In this document: positions 14,061-26,708 of the stretch, one piece after another
Layout of the letters: every line of letters begins with the position of its first letter
Numbering within the stretch: the stretch's first letter is position 1
NCBI GenBank assembly: GCA_973895155.1
Contig: OZ316897.1
Location: forward strand, 3,504,211-3,568,210
Origin: Marsupella aquatica
Lineage: Eukaryota; Plantae; Marchantiophyta
Reading direction: 5' to 3'
Length of the DNA stretch: 64,000 bases
Notes under the pieces: model-generated
Told to the model about the DNA's origin: nothing
Databases searched by the model: none
Seen by the model: only the letters and a program-made list of their open reading frames with translations
Translations under genes and position numbers: made by a program

Positions 14061-15252
14061 ATTTGCAATGTGCACTTATCTTTTTCCATTTCATTTGTTT
14101 ATCCATAAGTGCAAAACATCCGTTGTCAACAAGATTTTCTTTGTTAATATGTGCATATATGGATAGTTTTTCAAAATTGAAGATTTTGCACTGAAACACA
14201 TGGGATTCTCTTGTCTTTGGATAAGTGCACCCAAGCATTTGTATTTCAGAAACTCTTTACTATACTGTGCATTTAATGAGGGTTGCACTTATCTGGTGTT
14301 CGAGTTTTTCTCGAGGATTTTGAGATCGAATGTTGCATGTTTAAGTCACTCATGTGTGTCTCTTGAAATCTCACTTGTCGCTTTGGCTCATTCGTTGATT
14401 GCGATCAGCTTCTCAGGCTCATTCTTGGACAAGCACAACATTCCATATTTAGGATTCAGAAAATGCTATCAGATCTAGACCCCACAATGATGATTCGTTT
14501 CTTTCGCTGGATGCCATCTCCCGTACGTTCACAACCAAAGCCAAGATGTTCTTCCTCCACAACATTTGCTTCTATCTTCTCCAATTTGATACGATTGTAT
14601 CAAATGGCTCCTATTGGAATCTTCATTGAATCAGCAAACGGCCAATTCAACATCCATGTTTGGGCTCTTGTAATGCCTGTACTTCACTCGATCGTGTGTA
14701 ATGGGCATTTCCTTTCATCCTTTATGGCTCGCAGATCGACCAACAAGAAACTGTCAGCGGTTGAGCAACATTGTGAAATTCAGGGAAAGAGAAGGCGCCT
14801 GCGTTCGTCCCTTAATTTTTCTTATGATCCCGATCGGGTCCTGATTTGCTCTCGATCCGCCCGGCTTCAACTCATCGCCTCGAGTGATTTAGGTTGATCT
14901 GGCCTGGTTGGGTAGAAGGAAGCAGTGCAACTGAACTCGATCTCTCTTGCCTCAGCCATAGCTTTCCACTTGACTCAAATCATTGCCTTGAATACTGCTT
15001 TCCCACACGATCTTCAGAATCACCCTTCAAAACAAAATTTATTTTGATCATATCACAGCCTTCATAAGTTTGCTCTCGGCGCGACCACAATGCTACATCC
15101 TGTCGTTGCTTCAACGTGACCATGTTCTCTTGGTGGTTCAAACTACTAGCCTTCTCACTCCCAATTCAATTCTCCTCCATAACTTGGAAATCCTTAAGAG
15201 AACATTCATTCATCATAGCCATAGGGAAATTCCTAAAAAAAAGTCATGAACA

Positions 15253-15284
15253 AGCTCAGCTGGTCTAGAGTCGTGCTGATAACG
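15253..15284 (-). promoter_or_regulatory. Primer-binding site complementary to the 5' half of tRNA-Ile
   Basis: Plus strand AGCTCAGCTGGTCTAGAGTCGTGCTGATAACG abuts the LTR and resembles the D-arm-to-anticodon part of plant tRNA-Ile(AAT), compared from memory. Confidence 0.7.
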
Positions 15285-18200
15285 TGTTGAGGAATGATGT
15301 GGGAAATGATAATAAGATTCCTCTCTATAGAATGAATGGGTGCATCTCTATGTATAGTCTCCGTCCGAGTTATCCTATACGGTAACTATGGTTAAGGTAA
15401 CCATGGAGTCTAGTTAGGGTATAACAAGCACAACAAAAAGACTTGATGTGCCTCTCCAACTCTCCAAGTAAACGAACGATGACGAGACGCTGGCTACCTT
15501 GTGTGAAGTAGAACATTCTAAGAATATATATTTTTAAATATATTAATTTATGAGCATGAGATCTCCCCTAGGTGGACTTTCAGATTAGCGCTAGTGGGGT
15601 CTCTTTCTAAGTGGGAAAGTAGGAAAAAAATTCCATTATGTAATTTTGACCCAAAGTGGATAACACTTTTACTGGGACGGCCAATTTGCACATTAAAAAA
15701 CATCTGTACTCTCTTGGGGCTGAATTTTTTTTAAAAACCTTACAAATTAATATTTGGAATGCCAAGAAATCTAGAGCCATTAGTCTTAACTGAGCTTAGG
15801 GTATTACAGCTTTCAAATTAGACCAATGCAATCAGGGATATATAGCTGGCACATTCTAATACACATTTATTTTAATTTATTCACAATAAAGTATAATTTA
15901 TGCAACACAAATTATCATTTCTTATTCAAGATTATTGAAATAATAATTATAAAAAAGTACATATCATTAAAGTGAAGAGATGTACGATACTATGTGGGTG
16001 AAACAAGTACATTAACTTGAATGTACAAGTGAGTGTACCTTGTAGGTCCAGTATTTTGTGATGAAAATAAAATAAACTAATTTTGTACCTTTCTAAATTT
16101 GGGGGGCTTTCTATTTAGGTAGGGGCTCTGTTTAGTTGACATCTACTAACCTATAAACCATAAGCAATGGAATTTTCTTAAACAATAGATATATAAGTTA
16201 CAGGGCATTGTTGGATAGTGTCCTACAGTAATTGCCTGATCGAGTTTGGAGAGTTTACCTTCTCAATGAATTCTCATAAAAAGAGGAGTGCCTATAGCAT
16301 AAATAAATAGTCAAACTAGACAACTTAGTTAAACTAACGTGTCATACTAAAAATATTAATAGAAATTTAAGCAACATACTTAAAACTAAGTACATGAAAA
16401 AATTAAAGGGGTTGGAAGAAATCACTAAATTCAGAAAAATATAAACAAAAAGCATAGAATAGACCAAATTGACATAAAAATATGTAACAAACAATTCTAA
16501 TAAGACAAGATAACCAAAGTGAGTATGGCCATATAACAGCATCAAAAAAATTGGACAAATGCAATTTGTAATCAGGGATTAAACCAACACAATTTAGAGA
16601 TCAAATTTTAGGATTCACAACTGGGAAATGCTAGTGTAAATCATTAGTTGACTGAACATCATGAAGTAGTAAACTTGATCCCGTAACCCCCAGTAGGGTA
16701 CTTGGGAACAATTAAAACTTACAATATTCTCCCACGTACAGGAAAAGGCTCAGTCTACCAAGCAGTCATAAAAACGACTTTTGGCTAGATATTAAAAAAA
16801 CCTGGCTAATGTTTCTAAAGACCCCTAGCTAGAATCTGACAAACTTCCTTAAATCTAGGGAGAGCTAATGGTACATGAATCTCACAAAACTATATAAAAA
16901 CTATTCTTAGATTTTTTGTTTCACCACAATTAAGTAGAAACCTTTAAAAATAGGTTGGCAGGGAACAAGGCTGCTGGTACCAGAGGGTTGCAGGAGTGGA
17001 CTAGACTCGAGTTACATGGAATGTGCAAGACTGCAAGGGCTTCAAGGACTGGGCGCAACAAGTCCCTCGGAAAAGAAGGGACCTACTGTAGTGGGGGGTT
17101 TATTTCCCTGAAGAGACCCTGTCAAGTCTTTGGTTTAAATATAGGGGCATCAAATATTTTCTCTTGCATGAGGTCAGACTTTATTTAGTAGACAGGTCCG
17201 AATGCTTCGATTCGATGCTTCCAAGGTATGCATGATTTGAATATATGCTCTGGTGTAGGAAGGAGGGCCATCAGTACAGAATTCCCCAAGCTGGATTCCT
17301 GGCATGGCAAGAGTCACGCCACGCTCTTCACACTTTTGTGGTAAATTTGTTTCTGTATTGAATGAGGGGAAATGTCAGTTCTTCTACTAAATATGTTTCT
17401 GCATGGAACAGTCAGTTTTTCCTACAGGTTTGAGCCACTAGTAGGGTCAGGGAGTCAATAGCCCAGTCACTAGTCACTCATGGCATCGTCGCCTCATCAG
17501 GTTTCCTCAGAATCTTTGGGCTCATTTGGCTATTAGTAGTGATGGTTTTCCCATGCTGTCTACCCTTCATGCGCTCTTTTGGCTTTGGAACCTTGTGTCC
17601 ATTTTTTCATTCTTTGGGAGATATTTATCTAATTTTTTTGGTTAGGACAATCAAAAACTATAATAAAAGATCCTGCCACTTTTTAAAGTAGTAGTAGTTT
17701 TGTGTTTTTGATGCCAAAGAAAAGGAAACAATTAGTTGGTGAACCCCCTTGCCTACATTTTTTAGGCCTTGTTTGAGTAAAAATAATGTATGTAATATTA
17801 GCTTTAACTCAAGTTGTGAGAAGCTATTATGGTCCAAATGCTCTGGTATCACAGATTATTATGATGAGAAAGTTTTACTAATTTAAGTGAAAGTATAGGA
17901 GGAACTACCTCACAAAATGTGATTTTGCAATCTTATGCATAATGATTAGTAAAATGAGGGCTTTTAGCTTGAGTTTGAGAGGCTAATATGGTCCATAATG
18001 CTTTGCTAGGAGACATTAAAACACATAAGATCTATGAGATATTTTAACTAATTTTAGAACATTAATTAATAAACCCAAGGCACAGTTTTTTTTAAGTTAA
18101 TTGATTTGGGCATTGAATGACACTATATTTGACCACTAAAGTGCCCTGGGCACTCAATTTGAGTTGAGAAGACTACTTTATCAAGATCAATTGAGAAATA

Positions 18201-19754
18201 TGCTTTCTCAACAACAAACCCTAAGCTTTGTAGTAGTTGAGTTCTGTTTGTACAATATTTGTCGCCCAATTTGTCAATGTACTTTCAAATAATTGGAAAT
18301 TCTGACTGGATATTTCACTAAAGTCTAACTTTGGCAAGTTTTAAACTAGAGTTTACTAGCCTCGTGACCTTGACATAACTATTCACCAAATGGAGAAGGG
18401 CAGAGCTTAAGCTTTAAGAAGAGAGAAATATGCTTAGGAAAGGAAGCTGGTAATCATATATGTTGTGTTGGACAAGCAGGATAGACTTTACAGTTTGCAT
18501 TGTTTAGATTAGATTTTCTCACGAAATCATTGTGGATCCATTCAGCGATGGCCTGATCAGTTTGACAGTTTACTTTGCTTTGCAGGCCAAAGTCGGCCAT
18601 AACTATGGTTAACACAAGCAATTATCAAAATCAGGTCTTTTCCCTACATGCAACCAAATTCTCAAGCTAAGAGAGTCAATAGTCAATCTATGGCAGTCCA
18701 TTTGAAACCAGATCAATATCTGATCAAATGAACTTTATCAATTCATTGAGTTCAAGTTATGACCATAGTTGGCAGTTTGCCTTAATTGCAAAAGGCCGGA
18801 AATCTTACTCCATGTGCCAATAACCCTTTAACAAGGAAGTTATCAAAGTCATTGCAACTTTTTAAATCTTTGAATTTAATTTTTAAAATTGGATATGTAA
18901 TTAAAACAGTTACATAGTGACAGTTTTATCGGTCTTGCTCTTTGCATTTCTAAATTTTTACATTTCTTTTTACAGCATGGCGTCCCAAAATTTACACCCA
19001 AATTCGAGCCCAAATTGACACAAACACAAATGAAAACTATAAGTTTGATTCACAAAACTGACGAGTCTTGTTTGTTGCAGGTGTTGACATGGCACGCTCT
19101 GGTGCCATGCTAGGAATTTTGGAAGGGACCTCTCATGGGGATCCGTAAAGATGGAAGAGAAAATCTGAAAAATAAAATAAAAACAGCAAGCCACTGTAAG
19201 GCAAACGTGGAGGGGTGGAAGAACACTTCTTCATCCTCTCCTCCCTCCTCCCCACTTTGCGAGTACAGCCCCTAGCCCAATTGATCCTCACCTGACTCTC
19301 CTCACTCTCCTTGGCACTACACTTCCTGGTCCAAGCCCTTGTCCTTCTATGTACTCGCCTCTTCCCAATGTCCTCCCGAGTGCTATGCAATGTAAGTACA
19401 ATTTATTAGCATCTATACTCGCCCCTTGGTTCTCAAATGAGTACACTATGAGAACATGTACACTATGAAAAACTGAGCAATGGGTTTGGCGTTAGACATA
19501 AAATATCTCATTATGTAAAAGATGTTGTTTGCATAAGTATCTTGTGGAGCAAAAAATATCATTGTAAAAGATGTTGCACAAATCTAACATTATGCAAAGG
19601 ATGTCGTCATATAAGGCGGTCCCCTCATATACACGTCTCTATATCTTGCCAACTTTGGGTCATTAGTAAAATATGCAAATGTTGACCCCTTTTTTGCAAA
19701 CAACATCTTTTACCCAACAACATCATGTATGAGAGATATACTTAATATATGGAC

Positions 19755-19803
19755 TACTCCCAAACATATCTGATATCATATACTTAAGATATGTTTGGGA
19801 GTA
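19755..19803. repeat. Perfect 17-bp inverted repeat with a 15-nt loop
   Basis: TACTCCCAAACATATCT ... AGATATGTTTGGGAGTA. Confidence 0.9.
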
Positions 19804-19859
19804 ATAACTTTTCTACTTAACAAACCAAAAGATGCAAATTCTCTCCCAGTGGACCTAAA

Positions 19860-21520
19860 GTTTGAGATTCCCTCCCAATGGATCTCCGGGCCCTAGCCGC
19901 AATGGAGCACCGGCACGCCAAAGCACCATGGCTTCCTAGTTATTTTGTAATACAATATGGCTTTTGTATTCAAGCTACAAATTCATGAATGAGTTAGTCA
20001 CGGAACTTGACTACCTTAACACTTAGCTCCGGCGTTGTTGACTCCAACGTCGAGCTCCTCTAGGGTCCAAGCCCAGAACGGCCATCTGGTGTGGACTAAG
20101 TATGGGGAGACTAGTGGACAACAAGGCGTTGCACCAGCAAAGGCAAGGCACTTAGCTGGTGGACGGCACACTAAGGACTTAGACTAGCTTGAGACTTGTC
20201 GGGTCATGGAAAGGGGCCGGACCGGCTCAAGGTGGACCGTCCGGATCTTCAAACGAACTTTGAGTTCTAAGGGCTTGAGTGAGAGCTCCTCTCTTGATTG
20301 ACAAAGTTTACTTCATGTGCAATGGACTCTTGGCGTATGAGATACGGTGCGGCCCAAGTATGGCCGCCCGCGACACCGGAGAGACAATGGGTTATGAGGG
20401 CCTAGGCATGAGCACTAGGTTGGCCCGATCATAATGGGCTAAGGCACTATGCTTATGGACGCCTTGCTAGAAAATTATGGGCTTAGAAAGTTAGTTGCGT
20501 GCCCATCCGTGCGAGCTGGGATCCAGGTAGGGGGCCAAAATTTGGGGACCAAAGTAGGTCCAAGGGTGGCCCGTCTCAAGAATCATATATGAGGAGAGTG
20601 GTGTGTCCTTGGGGGCCAAGAGCAAGCCCAAGTTGTGAACCTCGGCGGTCGCGACACCAAGGGGAGAGCCAAATGGAAATGACAACAACTTCTCAACGGA
20701 AAGTCCGTTGGAGGACTTCTTAGTTGTGTCGAAAAGCTCTACAGGAGGAATACACCCTCTTGAGCTCAACTGGGTCTGGGTATGCCATGGATTCTCAAGG
20801 TTTGCGGGGGCTATTTTGCCTGCTTGCCAAATCCTGTCAAAGCAATAGCCAAGTTACGTTCAATTTTCCATGGGAGCTTGCATTGGGGAGGCAAGGTCAA
20901 GTAGGCATGGAGGTTGAGCTCCAAGTGCACTTGGCCCCTAGGCTATCAGTTGGGGGAGAACTACAAATTGGTTGCAAGAATCAGGGCCAATCTGGTCCCA
21001 GCGTTTTAGGATAAGCTTTGGGGACAAGCTATGCTATTTGGGCCATGAGCATAACCTGGGGGCAAGGTGGTCAGCAAGTGATGAATAGGAATGTGGGGGA
21101 GCACGGGATGCACGAGAGGCTATTATGGACAAACAATGGGTGTCAGCTCTCGCTCCGGCTTATGGCAGGGCCACGCGGGCCGGGGAGGTTCTATTTACTG
21201 ACCTACTTACCAAGTCTGTTGAGCTTGAGTTAGGATGCTAGTCTTGAATTGGAATGTCTAGATCCTTTGGGTTACTTACCAGAGTGCTTGGTTGCTTGTG
21301 TAGACAGTGAGGGCTGTTGAGTGACGGTCGTGTTAGGGAGCAAGTGTGGCTTTGTATGGGAGTGGTCATTAGGGGTGCAAGAGGCATCAAGTTGCTTGCT
21401 CAAGGGGTTTCATGGAGGTGTTCGGGTACCAAGGGCACTTAGGCATGGGTGTTGGGTGGCTAGGTCCACCATTGAGTTTGAGGCGACATGAGAGCATGCA
21501 AGCTCCTTTGTGCCCAGTCT
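19860..21520. mobile_element. GC-richer decayed repeat, probably non-coding LTR-retrotransposon sequence
   Basis: Abrupt composition change and internal repeats (GCGACACC..GAGA..AATGG); no recognisable ORF. Confidence 0.3.
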
Positions 21521-23019
21521 CCCAACTTTTTAGAATCCATTGTCACTTTAATCAGTATTCATGATACAAAGAAAATAGTTGATCATTGCATCAGAGCTTG
21601 CAAGTGCCATAGCACCCCCAACCTCCATGCTTTATGAAGACATTATTTGTCCATAGTATATCCAACTTTTAAAGGAGTTTTCAAAAAATGTGCTCACCCC
21701 TCGGCCCACCCTTTATGGCACCTTCTTCAGAGGTTCTACCCTTGGGGGTTTCACTTCCACAAAAATGGCACATCACGTGCAACAAAGGATAGGGCCATTA
21801 ACAATTAATTCAAATGGAAGACTTAAGCATTTTCTTAGAAGAACTATAGGGTATTTTAAATCCAAATTTGAGACTTATAAGAACATTAGGGCCCTTCTAA
21901 CCAAGAATCTGGAATATCCCAATTTCATAGGGGTTGATTTTTTTTTTCTTTCTTACATTTTAGGGGGTTCAAGGCCTAAAAACGTTGCAGGTGATGGGGA
22001 GGTTCTGCCATCCAATATCCTGCCTGTGCGGTGTTCTCAACATTCTTTTGAGCATTCAGATGTTCATGTATGTCTTGTGTTCTTGCCCTCTCATGACAGG
22101 GGACATTGACCTCCCAAACATCACCTCTGGTCCACAAATGCATTAACTCATTGTCCTCCATGAGTGGTCACACGTTCCCTCTAAGCGTACTATACACAGT
22201 AGGGGTCCGGAGTGGAAACACTCATGACCCTGCCGTGCAAGCTCACGCAAAATGTTGTGTAATAGAACTTGCAAAGTTCTGGAACATGTCAGTGATTTGG
22301 TGAGTCCTTCTCTAAATACATTGTCAAGAATATATTTGGTTCAAGATATATATGCATATGGAGCTTTTATGCACCTCTGCTCTGGTTGCACCTCTGCTCT
22401 GGTTTACTCCAAACCCTAAGTCCGTTAATTATATAAAATATAATATATTTGTCATGCATGGATGCCAATGTCTACAATGCTTTCTATATGTTGTGGTCGC
22501 ATGATGCCTGGTTCATCTGACATTGTGGTCTTTGTATACATTATTGTAATTGTATACATGATCTAACTGCGTGAAACTTTGTGTCATCTTTCGACCGCAC
22601 ATCGTATGGTTTGTTTGACACTATGGTTGATATTTATATGCATTGTTCTCAATGTATACAATGTCAATACATTGATTTACTTTGAGATTCACTTGGAATT
22701 GCAATCATAGTTGACCGCATTTGGCAACGCAATCGGACACTGATGAACAGTAGAACATGTTGCTTTTTACAATGACAATCTTGCATTATAAGGACTGCAC
22801 ACTATGTAAGATGAACATCTCACACAAAATGGCACCTCTAGTGGGCCCAGAGGCCCACTGGGAGAGAGTCTGCATATTTTTGGTCTATTAAGTAGAAAAG
22901 TTAAATTTGGAGGTCCATTAAGTATATCTTTCTATCATTTACATAATGACATCTTTGGCGCAACAAAATATTTTGTGTAATGCACAGATATTGAACTAGT
23001 GTCATATATATATTTAAGA

Positions 23020-25450
23020 TGGAGGTAGAGTACATTTCTAAGTTGCTATTGGATCGATATATTATCTCCATAATGAACCCTCTTGATCCTCAATCAACCA
23101 CCTATACACTTGGACCATATATACATGGGATGGTCAGAATGGACCAAGTCACTAAACCCCCTAAAGTAGTATCAGGGCCATCTCCTATCCTCCCATCCAT
23201 TAGAATTGCAAACCTCCGACCTTCTATTGATGCAACTGGTGATGACTTCGGATGCAGAATACAATCTGAAGAATCTTGGGTCCTTCACCGCCTCCATCCT
23301 AGATGGGTCTCCATCCTAGACGGGTCAGTACAGTAGTTTGCCAATCTGGTAGGTCCAGCAATATCCTGTCTTGGCTGTCACAGTCTAACACTGGCAGATG
23401 TTTGCCAAATCGACTCTATAATACTTAAGCTTGCTTGTGGGTGAAATATCTATCCTAAGTTGTGTCTTGCATGTGGCTGGCCCTTCAATTTAAGTCCCCA
23501 AACCAGAAGATCCTGTGGTCCATCCATCCCAGTTGGCTTTTCCTTGGCAGCTTAGTAAGAGGACCAGAAGATGCTGTGGTCCATTGCAATAGGCTTTTTC
23601 CAGGCGCGCAGTTTAGTGATATTTTAGGGTCACAGAATATAGGGCTCTCTTGAAGCTGATATAAAATCTTCAGGTTTTTTGAAGGATTTGCCACTGCCCA
23701 TCTTGCAATGAGACCAACGTAAGCAAAAACAACATCTCATAATGGAGTGATCCTCCTCTCAATTCTGGTGGGAGACTTGTATTTCCACCAACTATATTTG
23801 AAGGTTTCCATGTATTAAATGTTTAATTGAAAATGGAAAGGTACCCTGCCAAATTCCTGGCTCAATTTCGACACTTAACTTGCATGTTGCCATCTACTGC
23901 CTCTTGCATCTACTTTGCAACAACTGTGTCCAGTAACCAGGGTGTTGCAGAAATTTTATCTTACCATGAAAGGCTTTCCTAAAATTGAAATCCTGGAAAC
24001 TTGAGGCTAAATCTGAGATTAATTTGGAAACTGACCTGCTTGCTTAGTGATGTTATTCCAGTCGCAGCTCATACCTTTTAAAACCACAGCAGAGAATTTG
24101 GACGATAGACTCGATCCAGGGGCACTCAAATCCCTTCAGGTAGTCTTTGCGATGCTGCCTGCTGCAGCGCAAAGCCAAAAACGATGCTCAACCTTCAATG
24201 TAGTGACATTAAAAAGGAAAACCAACATTGTAAATTCAACTGCCCAATCGGCAAATGTGGATTCGGGCCCGATGTTGGCAAATTTCCTCATGTTGGGCTG
24301 AACTGACGGATGAGTTTGAGCATTAATGTTGATTCGAGCAACTGAATTTACTAGAAAATCAAATGTGTATACACTGAATTTTTCCCAATGTCTCTGATGA
24401 AGTTGTCTTTGCACCCATTTTGCTTACCAATGTGAACATAAAATCATCACCTGAGACCATATGAAAAGAACCTTTGAATTTTCTCAAATTGTGCAATTGA
24501 TGCTGAACTGCTTGAGCCTCAATTGACACATACAATAGAATAGGATAGAATAACTTATAGAATAGAATAGAATAGAATAGAATAGAATAGAATAGAATAG
24601 AATAGAATAGAATAGAATTACTGAAAATAGCTGTGAAGGATAAGCGGTAATGGGCCGAAGCAGAGGTTGTGGACTCCTTCAAAATGTACAACCGGCTGCA
24701 TGGACTGAAAACTGGCTGTAGTGGACAGGCTGCATATACAACCAGTCTGAATGCTCGTACAGGTAACAATTCCGACACAAGTGTAACAGGTGTTATGTCA
24801 GTGACAAATGATGTTGGGGCATGGTCCATAGGGGTTGGCAAAAGTCTATCAGGGCCTCCTGACAAAGTGCACTGTCCATCTGGGCTTCATTTTTCCAAAA
24901 TCATCATGCCCTATTCAATACAAACTCAACACCACAAGTCCCTGGCAAATCATTTATGGCATTTGGACAGGCTGTTGCCCGGAAGAACTGTGCAATCATC
25001 ATTTTTTGTGTAAGTGCTAAGAGCTTACCCGGAACCCACTTCAGAGTGTGAGGTCTGTGCAAAACGAATTTTGGTCCCAAGGGGTTTAACTGATTATGTA
25101 CCACAATAGCCAGAGCCTGCTAGATACTATAGGTGCCATTAGTGATATTTATACGAGCATCATGTGCGGCTCCATCAGCAGCAACAGGTGCACACACCGA
25201 TGCCACAAGTGACTTTCCAAGGATTTATCTATCCAAAGGTTGCATGCTCACCTTTGGCAACGGAATTATGAAAATACAGTTGGGTAAAGGAGCAGCATCC
25301 ATCACCCCTCCACAAATATCCCTCAGTTCGCTAAGGATCAAATGTTGTACTTATGGCCACCCATTCCCCTTTTATCATGAAAGAAACCAGGCGGGCGCAC
25401 AGAATAATATCCCATATCCTTAGCTACTTGCTTACTTCCATTCACAACGA
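23020..25450 (-). pseudogene. Degenerate intronless coding-like segment, possibly an endogenous viral element
   Basis: Long protein-like reading segments broken by sparse stops and frameshifts; only weak motif resemblance to plant rhabdovirus nucleocapsids. Confidence 0.25.
24534..24618 (+). repeat. (AATAG)n microsatellite
   Basis: 11 perfect units at 24561-24615 plus degenerate flanks. Confidence 0.97.
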
Positions 25451-25600
25451 AAGACAACTTCGAGGCTCATAATGAGCCTTCCGTACCTTTTCACCACCCG
25501 CTGCCCGCATCTTCTTCTCCTCGTTCATATTTTTTCTAAGTGTAAGTAGAAGGTGAATGATCCACACTTTTGGGTGGGGTGATTGACAAAAGTCTCACAT

Positions 25601-25672
25601 TGCCACTAGCAAGATTCGAACTGGGAACCTGCCCCGTTCCAGTGAGCTCCCTCTACCACCAAGACTAGGGGC
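25601..25672 (-). mobile_element. tRNA-derived SINE-like head (A box + B box)
   Basis: Minus strand CTAGTCTTGGTGGTAGAG ... AGTTCGAATCT. Confidence 0.5.
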
Positions 25673-26708
25673 AGCTGGTGCCCAGAACGACTCGCCCCAG
25701 GTATTTATCCTTATTCAAACGTCTGTAATATTGGGCAGCGAGCAGCAAGGTACGGGGCTAATCAATGATAATCTCATTAATTAGCCTCGATCTTGAGGTT
25801 CGTCTCGAATCCTACTTCCCTTGTAGCATTAATTATTACTGGAATTTCCACAAACTACTTTTGGTATTTCCGATGTTGATCCTCGAGCGACAGGCTCTCA
25901 ATGGTCCCAAATTCCCACTAGGATGAATGGTACCTACTCTATTTTCCAAGTACATGATCTCATCCCAGTACACAACACAGGTAGTGCCATCTGAACCCAC
26001 GGTAAAATCACCCAAGGAAAATCGAATTTGTTTTTTGATATTCTGATTGTGAGCCAAAGAGGGAACAAATTTAAGAGACTTGAAGTGCAAGCATGGAAAT
26101 TTTTTAAAATTTAGTTGAGAAGGAGGATTCTATGAAGAAAGAATAGTAACTAAATAAATGAAAGAAATGAAAGAAATGAAAGAAAGAAATGAGCAAGAGT
26201 AGTAGGGGACAATGAGTGAACAAATGACAAAAGAGTATATAAAATGTAAGAAATTCAATTTGAGTTTTACATTCACTCAAAAAGTAATAGAGAAAACAGT
26301 CACACTGATATTCTCTGTGCAAAGAGATAATCCAGAAACTATTCACACCTAAATTTAATGCTTTCACTCATGGAGTGAAGCCAGGTCTAGGCGTGCAAGT
26401 CAACTTGGACACTTTATTAAGTACCTCATGGAAAGCTATTTTCGAAATCCCTGGGAACACAGGCAACCACATCAACATTAGTATTCACAAACAAGAAGGG
26501 TGCATCATGCACTAATAACCAACTTGACAATTTGTGTTTGAGACAAGGCAAATAAAAACAAATAGACCCTCCAACTGTAAAAAGAATCATGGAAATTTGA
26601 AAAATAACATCAAAAGGATCATAACCAGCTCTGACAGTAATGAAGTGGGCGCTGGAAGGGGAAGGATAACAAGGTTAAGGAATTGAGAGGGATATGTTTA
26701 ATAGGCCC

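Larger units (their letters stand above)
11456..15426 (-). mobile_element. Non-autonomous LTR retrotransposon (copia-type primer site), 142-bp LTRs
   Basis: LTRs at 11456-11597 and 15285-15426 (~7 mismatches, TGTTG...TAACA); PPT complement TTCCCCCTTGGC at 11598; PBS at 15253-15284; degenerate TSD TACAC/AGCAC; no intact gag/pol ORF. Confidence 0.88.

Noticed and set aside
15380-15405. GTAACTATGGTTAAGGTAACCA resembling the LSU rRNA helix-69/R2 target region
   Set aside because: Short gapped match inside an LTR with no flanking rRNA sequence
23478-23520. RIFWFGDLN*R resembling the inositol polyphosphate 5-phosphatase motif
   Set aside because: Stop at the conserved Tyr, no splice context and no other 5-phosphatase motifs nearby; likely chance
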